From an uncultured Oscillospiraceae bacterium (GTDB lineage: Bacteria > Bacillota > Clostridia > UMGS1883), in the NCBI GenBank assembly GCA_964572985.1, contig CAZNIC010000005.1, forward strand, positions 6,777 to 70,776: 64,000 nt of DNA. The letters are read 5' to 3'. Position numbers and translations under genes: made by a program. Position 1 is the first letter of the stretch; every line of letters begins with the position of its first letter. This document shows, piece after piece, positions 56,402 to 64,000 of the stretch. Under the pieces are notes generated by a model. The model saw only the letters and a list, made by a program, of their open reading frames with translations. It did not search any database and was not told where the DNA came from.

Positions 56402-57550
56402 TTATACGCCTGCCGCTTCTCGGACCATACGTCTTGCAAAGCGGTCTGCTTCTTCAATATTCGAAATAGTGGTTTCGTACACTATATTATGTTTTTCCAT
56501 TGCGTAGGAAATATACTCCGTAATATCACCAAAACGGCATTTGCCGTTAAGGAACATTGCCACAGCCTCTTCATTTGCACCGTTGAAAACTGCAGGCATT
56601 GTACCGCCCTTTTTAGCTGCCCATTTTGCCATATTAACAGCAGGAAACGCCTCGTGGTCAATCTCGGAAAACGTGAGTGTGCCAATTTTTGCCAAATCAA
56701 GCTTTTCGCTTACTTTGATGCTTCTGTCGGGATAATGAAGCGCATAGCTTATGGGGAGCTTCATGTCAGGAACACCAAACTGACCTATAACAGAGCCGTC
56801 GCAGAATTCAACCAAGGAGTGCACTATGCTCTGACGATGAACAACGGGGATAATATTATCTACATCTACACCAAAAAGGTGCATAGCTTCGATAATTTCG
56901 AGACCTTTATTTACAAGAGTTGAGCTGTCGATTGTTATTTTTGCCCCCATAGACCAATTGGGGTGTTTTAAAGCATCCTGTGCTGTTACGTCACGGAGCT
57001 CTTCTTTTTTCTTGCCGAAAAACGGACCGCCCGATGCTGTAATAATAATCTTTTCCAAAAACTTGCCCTGGTCGGCAATAGACTGGAATATTGCGCTGTG
57101 CTCTGAGTCAACAGGCACAATTCGTACATTTTTTTCCTTTGCATAGTTCATCACATAGTCGCCTGCTGTAACAAGGGTTTCCTTGTTGGAAAGAGCAATA
57201 TCGCTGCCTGATTCAATTGCCGCCAAGGTGGGTCTAAGTCCTGCTATGCCTACAATGGCAGTAACAGCCATCTCACCTTGCCTTGCACATTCGCATACGC
57301 CCTCTTCGCCCACAAGCACCTTTGTATTAGTATCCTTCACTCTGTCGCGAAGGTCCTTCGCACAGTTTTCGTCGTACATAGCCGCATAGGTGGGGTTGTA
57401 TTTTCTTATCTGCGCTTCAAGTAAATCAGTATTTTTGTAAGCCGTCAATGCGGCAACCTTTAATTCACTGTCTTTATCTACTACGTCAAGGCTCTGTGTT
57501 CCGATAGACCCTGTTGAGCCTAAAATTGCAATGTTTTTCATATCAATCAC
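56402..57550 (-). CDS. dxr: 1-deoxy-D-xylulose 5-phosphate reductoisomerase
   Basis: ILGSTGSIG NADPH motif, with full-length Dxr similarity. Confidence 0.96.
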   Translation of the reverse strand: MIDMKNIAILGSTGSIGTQSLDVVDKDSELKVAALTAYKNTDLLEAQIRKYNPTYAAMYDENCAKDLRDRVKDTNTKVLVGEEGVCECARQGEMAVTAIVGIAGLRPTLAAIESGSDIALSNKETLVTAGDYVMNYAKEKNVRIVPVDSEHSAIFQSIADQGKFLEKIIITASGGPFFGKKKEELRDVTAQDALKHPNWSMGAKITIDSSTLVNKGLEIIEAMHLFGVDVDNIIPVVHRQSIVHSLVEFCDGSVIGQFGVPDMKLPISYALHYPDRSIKVSEKLDLAKIGTLTFSEIDHEAFPAVNMAKWAAKKGGTMPAVFNGANEEAVAMFLNGKCRFGDITEYISYAMEKHNIVYETTISNIEEADRFARRMVREAAGV

Positions 57551-57560
57551 CTTTATTTTA

Positions 57561-58394
57561 TCAGCCTACAAGCGTGAACCATTCATTCATATAATATACA
57601 AAAGGCGCTGTAAGCAGAATACTGTCAAATCTGTCAAGCACACCGCCGTGCCCGGGGAACAGATTACCGAAATCCTTTACACCGAATTCGCGTTTGATTG
57701 CGCTGGTTGCAATATCGGATATGGGCCCGAGCACTGCGCAACCTATTCCTGTCAAAAGCATACCAATGAAATTAATCTTCAACTGAAGTATAACCCCTGT
57801 TATAAACGCCAAAATAAGCATACCTACAATACTTCCAAGCAGTCCGCCGAATGCACCTTCAACGGTTTTTTTAGGGCTGAGCTTGGGTGCAAGCTTTGTT
57901 TTGCCGAACCTTATACCGATAAAATATGCACCGCCATCACCGCACCATGTGCCCGCAAAAAGGATAAGAATGAGATATATGCCCCATGTGCCCTCGCGCA
58001 AAGGTATGAGGAAAGAATACAACAGTCCTATGAAAACAGACATAAAGAACCCTGTTGCTGCATCGCCCAGCTTTACATCCTTATGACAAAACACCATCAG
58101 TGCAAGACAAGTTGCCGCATGGAGTGTTATGCACAAAAGGCAAATATCCATGGATATTGCAAGGCTGTTAAGGTGCATGCACCCTAACAGTGCACACCAC
58201 AACACACCAAAGCATCCTGTTATTGCCAAGGGCACTTTTTTTATAATACCTGTTACAGAGTATGCCTCATACGTCGCAATACCCGCAACAATAATCACCG
58301 CTGCCTGAAAGACAATCGGAGACGAAAAAAGCACCGTTAAAAACAATATTGCACCTACAAGTGCTGTTATAAGTCTTGTTTTCATAAAACTCAA
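57561..58394 (-). CDS. cdsA: Phosphatidate cytidylyltransferase
   Basis: Polytopic protein with the C-terminal signature SAIKREFGVKDFGNLFPGHGGVLDRFDS. Confidence 0.94.
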   Translation of the reverse strand: MSFMKTRLITALVGAILFLTVLFSSPIVFQAAVIIVAGIATYEAYSVTGIIKKVPLAITGCFGVLWCALLGCMHLNSLAISMDICLLCITLHAATCLALMVFCHKDVKLGDAATGFFMSVFIGLLYSFLIPLREGTWGIYLILILFAGTWCGDGGAYFIGIRFGKTKLAPKLSPKKTVEGAFGGLLGSIVGMLILAFITGVILQLKINFIGMLLTGIGCAVLGPISDIATSAIKREFGVKDFGNLFPGHGGVLDRFDSILLTAPFVYYMNEWFTLVG

Positions 58395-58424
58395 GCCTTT
58401 CTTTGCGCCAAGACAGGCGGCGTA

Positions 58425-59177
58425 TTACACACCGCCAAAGCGTCTTGTACGTTTCTGATAATCATATATAGCCTGCAGCAAATCTTCGTTTGAAAAATCA
58501 GGCCACAATATATTGGAAAACCATAATTCGCTGTATGCACCCTGCCAGAGGAAAAAGTTACTTAACCGATACTCACCCGAAGGACGGATAATGAGGTCGG
58601 GGTCAGGCTGAGATGCGGTATATGTTCTATTGGATATTTCTTCCTCGGAAATATCTTCAATATTCATACTGCCGTCCTTAACCAGCTGTGCAATCTCACG
58701 CACTGCTTTAACAACCTCATCACGACCACCGTAGTTCAAGGCAACATTAAGCAAAAGACCACTGTTTTTTTCAGTGGCCTTTTCCATGTAGAGCTGTTTT
58801 TCGCGGAACGACTCAGAAAAGGCACTTCTGTCCCCTATAAAGTGAATCTGTACGTCACGACCTGCAAGACGCTGCAGACCGTGGTCAAGATAATCCTCAA
58901 GGATATTCATCAGTGCATCCACCTCTTCTTTGGGGCGGCGCCAGTTCTCGGTTGAAAACGCATACACGGTAACAACCTTTATGCCGATATTACCTGCATA
59001 CTCAACAATTCGCTCAAATGTTTTTGCCCCCACTGCGTGACCGGATGTACGGGGCAGACCGCGCTTTTTTGCCCATCTGCCGTTTCCGTCCATAATAATA
59101 CCGATATGCCGGGGTAAGTTATCAAAGTCCACTTTTTGCTGTAATGCTTTTTTTCGGAAAATGTCCTTTAATTTCAT
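58425..59177 (-). CDS. uppS: Isoprenyl transferase (undecaprenyl diphosphate synthase)
   Basis: HIGIIMDGNGRWA and the RLSNFFLWQGAYSE motif. Confidence 0.96.
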   Translation of the reverse strand: MKLKDIFRKKALQQKVDFDNLPRHIGIIMDGNGRWAKKRGLPRTSGHAVGAKTFERIVEYAGNIGIKVVTVYAFSTENWRRPKEEVDALMNILEDYLDHGLQRLAGRDVQIHFIGDRSAFSESFREKQLYMEKATEKNSGLLLNVALNYGGRDEVVKAVREIAQLVKDGSMNIEDISEEEISNRTYTASQPDPDLIIRPSGEYRLSNFFLWQGAYSELWFSNILWPDFSNEDLLQAIYDYQKRTRRFGGV

Positions 59178-59716
59178 ATGGACATAATTTCCTTCTGCTT
59201 CTTATCTGTGACAGCATCGATTTCCTTAATCTTCATATCGGTAAGATCCTGGATTTCCTTTTCTGCCGCCTTTAAATCATCTTCTGTGATTTCGTTCTTT
59301 TTCTTTAATGCCTTGTATTCGTCCATCGCATCACGACGAACGTTTCTCACGCTTACCTTTGCTTCTTCACCCTTCTTGGAAACAGTCTTGCTAAGCTCTT
59401 TACGTCTCTCTTCTGTAAGCTGAGGGAAGCTAAGACGGATAACCTTACCATCGTTCTGAGGTGTGATACCAACTTCAGAAGCTAAGATAGCCTTTTCGAT
59501 AGCCTTAAGAAGGCTTGAGTCCCAAGGCTGAATCATGAGTGTTCTGGGGTCGGGTGTGGAAATTGTACCAACCTGTGCTACAGGTGTCATTGTGCCGTAG
59601 TAGTCAACTGCTACTCTATCAAGCACTGCAGCATTTGCTCTGCCCACTCGGATTGTGTTCAAATCGTCCTTGTAATAGGCAATAGCCTTATCCATTCTTG
59701 CTGTAATTTCTTTCAT
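59174..59716 (-). CDS. frr: Ribosome recycling factor
   Basis: 180 aa. DLNTIRVGRANAAVLDRV is a typical Frr sequence. Confidence 0.96.
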   Translation of the reverse strand: MKEITARMDKAIAYYKDDLNTIRVGRANAAVLDRVAVDYYGTMTPVAQVGTISTPDPRTLMIQPWDSSLLKAIEKAILASEVGITPQNDGKVIRLSFPQLTEERRKELSKTVSKKGEEAKVSVRNVRRDAMDEYKALKKKNEITEDDLKAAEKEIQDLTDMKIKEIDAVTDKKQKEIMSI

Positions 59717-59752
59717 AGTTTTATATTCCTTTCTTAATTAAGTTTAATCTTA

Positions 59753-59871
59753 CTAAAGCCCACAACACGGGACACTCCCTATCCACAGCCAACCCTCATT
59801 TTCGTATTTTCACAAGCTAAATGAAAAATGAATGAATGGGAGTGTCGCTGTTCCTTATAAAAATAGTTGCA
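59753..59871. repeat. Structured intergenic element, copy B (pyrH-frr spacer)
   Basis: The conserved ends CTAAAGCCCACAACACGGGACA ... TGTCGCTGTTCCTTATAAAAATAGTTGCA are shared with copy A at 54771-54883. A 9-bp closing stem GGGACACTC/GAGTGTC(g)C flanks a different interior. Confidence 0.75.
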
Positions 59872-59909
59872 GTGATCCCGGATAATAGTAAAATAATATA
59901 ATGTGGTCT

Positions 59910-60626
59910 TTATTCTGTAACAAGTGTGCCTACAGCTTCGCCCATTACTGCACGATAAATGTTTTCGGGGTCATCAAGACCAAACACCTGAATGGGCATT
60001 TTGTTGTCACGGCAAAGTGCTGTTGCTGTGGAGTCCATAACCTTCAAGTCACGCGCAAGCACTTCGGAGAATGTAAGCTGTTCAAATTTCTTTGCATCGG
60101 GGTTAACCGCAGGGTCAGAATCGTAAACGCCGTCAACTTTCTTTGCAAGGAGAATTACCTCTGCGTTAATTTCAGCCGCTCTGAGTGCTGCAGCAGTATC
60201 AGTGGAGAAGAAGGGGTTACCTGTACCGCATCCGAAAATAACTACTCTGCCACGGTTAAGATGACTGTTAGCCTTACCACGGATGTAGGGCTCAGCAATC
60301 GCGCGCATTTCAATAGCTGTCTGTACTCTTGTTGTAACGTCCATTGCCTCAAGCGCAGAGCAAAGCGCAAGGGAGTTGATAACAGTTGCAAGCATACCCA
60401 TATGGTCAGCACGAGACCTATCCATATTTTCGCCGCTTCTGCCTCTCCAGAAATTACCGCCGCCTACAACAACGGCGATTTCAACACCTGTTTCGGCACA
60501 TTTTTTGATTTTTTCACAAATAGCATCAATAGTAGGCTGATCAAGACCAAAGCCTTTATCTCCGGCTAAAGCCTCACCGGATACCTTCAGAAGAACTCTT
60601 TTGTACTTGGGTTGCATATACGTCAC
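59910..60626 (-). CDS. pyrH: UMP kinase
   Basis: [13 protein letters not shown]-terminus. 238 aa, in the canonical pyrH-frr context. Confidence 0.96.
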   Translation of the reverse strand: MTYMQPKYKRVLLKVSGEALAGDKGFGLDQPTIDAICEKIKKCAETGVEIAVVVGGGNFWRGRSGENMDRSRADHMGMLATVINSLALCSALEAMDVTTRVQTAIEMRAIAEPYIRGKANSHLNRGRVVIFGCGTGNPFFSTDTAAALRAAEINAEVILLAKKVDGVYDSDPAVNPDAKKFEQLTFSEVLARDLKVMDSTATALCRDNKMPIQVFGLDDPENIYRAVMGEAVGTLVTE

Positions 60627-60711
60627 TCCTTATAAATAAATTCGCATAGTTATATACTTTAATTGTATCAAATAAATGCCGTTTTGAAAAGAGGTTTTTA
60701 TAAATTTATGC

Positions 60712-60746
60712 AAAAAAAGAGAGGATTTTTAAGTCCTCTCTTTTGT
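60712..60746. terminator. Bidirectional terminator between hydG and pyrH
   Basis: AAAAAAAGAGAGGA-tttttaag-TCCTCTCTTTTGT. Confidence 0.7.
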
Positions 60747-60750
60747 CCGG

Positions 60751-62193
60751 TCAAAATCTGAAATCTCTTGTACCATTTTCGATATCCACAAGGTTTTGCT
60801 TTGCTCTTGCCTTTACCTTTTCATTTGTGATTTTTTCTATTTCTCGGGCAATTATTTCTTCGCCTTTTTTCTTTGTATCTTCGCTTGCATAGTCCATAAG
60901 ATACTCCTTAAGCGTCATGAGCGCATTGGGATGACAGCAGTTGATAATCTGTCCCGACTTAAGAAGGCTCATAAATCTGTCACCGGTTCTGCCTTCGCGA
61001 TAGCACGCCGTACAGAAGCTGGGCACATGACCCATATCAATAAGCCAGTTAACCACCTGATCAAGAGTACGGCGGTCGGAGAGGTCAAACTGACTTGTGG
61101 ATTCGTCATAAACCTCCTCATCGGTATAGCCGCCTACGCTTGTTCGGCTACCGCCCGAAATTTGACTGATGCCAAGCTCAAGAACTCTTTCTCTTACCTC
61201 TTTTGATTCGCGGGTAGATATAATCATACCGGTGTACGGTACTGCAATACGTATGATAGCAACAATCTTTTCAAAAATTTCGTTGGAAATTGCGTTGGAA
61301 AAGTCGTTTACATCAATATCGTCAGCGGGACAGATACGGGGCACGCTGATTGTATGCGGACCTACGCCCTTTGCTGCTTCAAGATGCTCTGCGTGCATTA
61401 TGAGACCCACCAAATCATAACGGTAAAGGTTGAGTCCGAAAAGCACACCCAATCCAACATCATCAATACCGCCGTCCATCGCTCGGTCCATTGCCTCGGT
61501 ATGATACGCATAATTGCTCTTGGGGCCCGTGGGATGAAGAGCCTCATAGTTTTCTTTGTTGTATGTTTCCTGAAAAAGGATGTATGTGCCGATGCCTGCA
61601 TCCTTTAACTTTGTGTAGTTTTCAACACTTGTTGCCGCAATATTTACATTGACACGACGGATTGCACCGTTCTTGTGCTTTATGGAGTAAATAGTCTTGA
61701 TGCTCTCTAAGATATATTCAAGCGGATTGTTGACGGGGTCTTCGCCTGCTTCTAACGCGAGACGTTTGTGCCCCATGTCCTGAAGAGCTATAACCTCCTG
61801 CCTGATTTCCTCCTGGGTAAGCTTTTTGCGGGGAATAGTTTTGTTCTGTCGGTGATAAGGACAATAAACACAGCCGTTTACGCAGTAGTTTGACAAATAA
61901 AGAGGCGCAAACATAACTATGCGGTTGCCGTAAAATTTGTCCTTGATTTCTTTAGCGAGGGAATAAATCCTCTCGTTTGCTTCGTCGATTTCACACTCTA
62001 ACAAAACTGCCGCTTCGCGGTGAGAGATACCTTTCATTTCTTCAGCTTTTTTTATAATAGAATCTATGAGTTCTTTGTTGTTTTTATTCTTCTGTGCGTA
62101 ATCCAAAGTATCGAGAATTTCTTCATGGTTGATAAATTCCTCCGCTTTGGAGCTTTTTACGTCATATTTAAACATTTTCATGCCCTCTTTCAA
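60751..62193 (-). CDS. hydG: [FeFe]-hydrogenase maturase HydG (radical SAM tyrosine lyase)
   Basis: Radical-SAM CVNGCVYC motif. The C-terminal auxiliary-cluster region SFCTACYREGRTGDRF...CC and the ~475-aa length fit HydG better than ThiH. Confidence 0.8.
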   Translation of the reverse strand: MKEGMKMFKYDVKSSKAEEFINHEEILDTLDYAQKNKNNKELIDSIIKKAEEMKGISHREAAVLLECEIDEANERIYSLAKEIKDKFYGNRIVMFAPLYLSNYCVNGCVYCPYHRQNKTIPRKKLTQEEIRQEVIALQDMGHKRLALEAGEDPVNNPLEYILESIKTIYSIKHKNGAIRRVNVNIAATSVENYTKLKDAGIGTYILFQETYNKENYEALHPTGPKSNYAYHTEAMDRAMDGGIDDVGLGVLFGLNLYRYDLVGLIMHAEHLEAAKGVGPHTISVPRICPADDIDVNDFSNAISNEIFEKIVAIIRIAVPYTGMIISTRESKEVRERVLELGISQISGGSRTSVGGYTDEEVYDESTSQFDLSDRRTLDQVVNWLIDMGHVPSFCTACYREGRTGDRFMSLLKSGQIINCCHPNALMTLKEYLMDYASEDTKKKGEEIIAREIEKITNEKVKARAKQNLVDIENGTRDFRF

Positions 62194-62374
62194 TGGTCTC
62201 TTTTCATTATATCACTATGATTTTTTTTGTCAAGAAAAGACCCCCCACCAATATTTACATAAAAGATATTACAATTTTGTGACGAAAATCAATAGTGAGG
62301 GCAAACCACACCTCATCCACCGCAAACGCGGTCCCCCTTCTCCTCAAGGAGAAGACTAAGAAAGGAGAATTTTT

Positions 62375-63421
62375 ATGAAACTGAAAAAGACCATGGCAAT
62401 TTCACTTGCCGCACTTACAATGTCCACCACTGCGCAGGCGGCAAACCACACTGTGGTAAAGGGTGATACCTACTGGACGATTTCAAAGCAGTACGGGGTT
62501 GATTTCAACACGCTTTTAAAAGCAAACGGTGCAACAACCTCGTCCTGGCTTGAGATTGGCGATATCGTATATGTGCCCACGGAAACGGTTCATACCGCAG
62601 TAAAGGGCGACACGTATTGGCTGATTGCAAAATGGTACGGGGTTGACTTTAATACGCTCTTAAAAGCCAACAATGCTACAACATCCTCCTGGCTCGAAGT
62701 GGGAGACAAGGTAATAATCCCCTCCACTTCCTCCTCAAACTCGTCAACTTCTTCTTCAACACAACCATATGTGACCTATACTACATATACGGTTAAATCA
62801 GGCGATACATACTGGAATATTGCAAACAACCACGGTATTCCCATGAGTGAGCTTTTAGAGGCAAACGGACTTACGGAGTCCAGCTCAATTTATGTGGGCA
62901 AAAAGCTCACAATCCCCGTACATCACGTGCCTGTAACAAGCACTCCGGGCAGTCAGTACGGAGAATATCTCGACTGGTGGGACGCGGCGCAGTATGTTAT
63001 TCCTGTCGGCGCAACCTTTACCGTGCAGGATTTTTACACAGGGGCAACCTTTACAGCCAAGCGTACGACGGGTTCCGGACACGCGGACTGCGAACCCCTT
63101 ACCGCTTCCGACACTGCCAAAATGAACTCTATTTTCGGCGGACAGAACTGGACAAGCCGTCCCGTACTGATAATTTATAACGGCAGAAAAATTGCCGCCT
63201 CTGCCGCAAGTATGCTCCATGCAGGCAACGACAGCGCGGCAGGCGGGGTATGGACGTCGTGGCGAAGTAACGACTACGGCGCAGGCTACAATTTCGACTG
63301 GGTCAAGGGCAACGATGCCCACGGCGTTTTTGACATCCACTTTTTAAACTCCATCCGCCACAGCGACGGTCAAGTTAGTTCAACGCATCAGAAAAACATA
63401 AAAATCGCGGCAGGAAGATAA
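62375..63421 (+). CDS. Secreted protein with three LysM repeats
   Basis: Signal peptide, then three HTV(V/A)KGDTYW..I(S/A)K.YGVDFNTLLKAN repeats (LysM). The C-terminal ~170-aa domain is of unknown function. Confidence 0.85.
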   Translation: MKLKKTMAISLAALTMSTTAQAANHTVVKGDTYWTISKQYGVDFNTLLKANGATTSSWLEIGDIVYVPTETVHTAVKGDTYWLIAKWYGVDFNTLLKANNATTSSWLEVGDKVIIPSTSSSNSSTSSSTQPYVTYTTYTVKSGDTYWNIANNHGIPMSELLEANGLTESSSIYVGKKLTIPVHHVPVTSTPGSQYGEYLDWWDAAQYVIPVGATFTVQDFYTGATFTAKRTTGSGHADCEPLTASDTAKMNSIFGGQNWTSRPVLIIYNGRKIAASAASMLHAGNDSAAGGVWTSWRSNDYGAGYNFDWVKGNDAHGVFDIHFLNSIRHSDGQVSSTHQKNIKIAAGR

Positions 63422-63422
63422 C

Positions 63423-63450
63423 AAAAAGGCGGTCAGTGACCGCCTTTTTT
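63423..63450. terminator. Bidirectional terminator between the LysM gene and the M16 peptidase gene
   Basis: AAAAAGGCGGTC-agt-GACCGCCTTTTTT. Confidence 0.75.
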
Positions 63451-64000
63451 ATCTGTCTGTGGGCAAAAGCACGCCGCGGGCAAATTCTTTTTCAAAAATC
63501 ATATGCGCCGCCTGTTCAATGTCATGCTTTGTAACAGAATCAATATCCTTTACGATTTCTTCAATGGGCTTTACCTCGTTATAGATAAGCAAATCCTTGC
63601 CCAGTGCACTCATACGACTGGAGGGGTTTTCCATATCCATAAGAATTGCCGCTTTTAACTGTTCCTTGCCCTTTGTGAGCTCATAATCGGTTATACCGTC
63701 CTTCAAAAGGTCGCCGATGCAGTTATGTATAACATCCTGCGCATCATCAAGGCAGGTTACGTTAAGCCCTGTATAAATACTGAAAAGACCCGAAACTTCC
63801 GTCTGGGATGAATAGGAATAAACACTGTAACAAAGGCCTCGCTCTTCCCTTACTTTAGAAAAAAGCCTACTTGACATACTGCCGCCAAAAATGTTACTAA
63901 GCGCAGATAAAGTGTAGCTTTCCTTATCGCATCCAAGCTTTACCGACGGGAACGACAGGCACAGATGCGCTTGCTCGATATCTTTTTTCCATATTTCGTT
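63449..64000 (-). CDS. M16 (pitrilysin/insulinase) family peptidase, C-terminal part; truncated by the window end
   Basis: The frame stays open to base 64000. The sequence ...LSNIFGGSMSSRLFSKVREERGLCYSVYS is typical of the M16 inactive-domain region. Confidence 0.8.
   Translation of the reverse strand, partial: NEIWKKDIEQAHLCLSFPSVKLGCDKESYTLSALSNIFGGSMSSRLFSKVREERGLCYSVYSYSSQTEVSGLFSIYTGLNVTCLDDAQDVIHNCIGDLLKDGITDYELTKGKEQLKAAILMDMENPSSRMSALGKDLLIYNEVKPIEEIVKDIDSVTKHDIEQAAHMIFEKEFARGVLLPTDR

Noticed and set aside
56279-60569. Long plus-strand ORFs at 56279-56923, 57531-58187 and 59901-60569
   Set aside because: Each lies antisense to a highly conserved gene (dxr, cdsA and pyrH). No start context or domain is recognisable.
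60751-62193. hydG lacks neighbouring hydE and hydF
   Set aside because: As far as I know, hyd maturase genes are frequently dispersed in Clostridia, so this is ordinary.
62194-62374. The leader upstream of the LysM protein gene, checked for a c-di-AMP (ydaO) or other riboswitch
   Set aside because: It contains only short hairpins (CTTCTCC/GGAGAAG). It is too short and lacks the conserved ydaO-type motifs that I can recall.
1-64000. A search by eye for CRISPR arrays, rRNA genes, transposase or IS elements, reverse transcriptases and toxin-antitoxin pairs
   Set aside because: I saw no regularly spaced direct-repeat arrays, rRNA-like segments, or ORFs with transposase or RT signatures. The only recombinase is the tyrosine recombinase at 34972-35811.

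Overview
The window looks like chromosome from a low-to-moderate GC, spore-forming Clostridia-type Firmicute. This is inferred from gene content: whiA, rapZ, hprK, DnaD/DnaI-type loaders, HydG and a DUF421/DUF4363 pair. Most of it is conserved housekeeping. It includes recA with an SOS box, tRNA-Arg, replication-loader genes, cysK, a parC-like gene, murA, rlmH and dnaE. It also includes one long minus-strand block: whiA-rapZ-murB-glcK-hprK-prfA-ispA-xseBA-nusB-rseP-dxr-cdsA-uppS-frr-pyrH. Four patches look visibly more AT-rich and accessory. (1) 0.1-1.5 kb holds an XRE/RHH/lipoprotein cassette bracketed by palindromic repeats next to the recA 3' end. (2) 12.6-18.5 kb holds a complete Type I R-M system (hsdMSR). 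(3) 20.0-21.0 kb is an ORF-poor stretch with GTTCCGCA iterons and decayed small genes beside a stand-alone GMP-synthase ATP-PPase subunit. (4) 28.4-35.9 kb is the most interesting locus. It is a tight minus-strand operon encoding a small membrane protein, two tandem paralogous Zn-ribbon/TPR/TIR/4-TM proteins, a YdjI-like SPFH protein with a C-terminal double zinc ribbon, and a second small membrane protein. Directly upstream lies a 206-bp segment flanked by perfect 23-bp inverted lox-like sites. The segment carries a consensus promoter that currently points away from the operon, and a tyrosine recombinase gene sits next to it. I read this as a candidate phase-variable, membrane-associated TIR defence or abortive-infection module that I cannot match to any named system. 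A second notable signal is a two-copy structured intergenic element (54.8 kb and 59.8 kb) with conserved ends, a variable core and a closing stem that differs in sequence but stays paired in both copies. All calls rest on reading the sequence and ORF translations. No database search was run.
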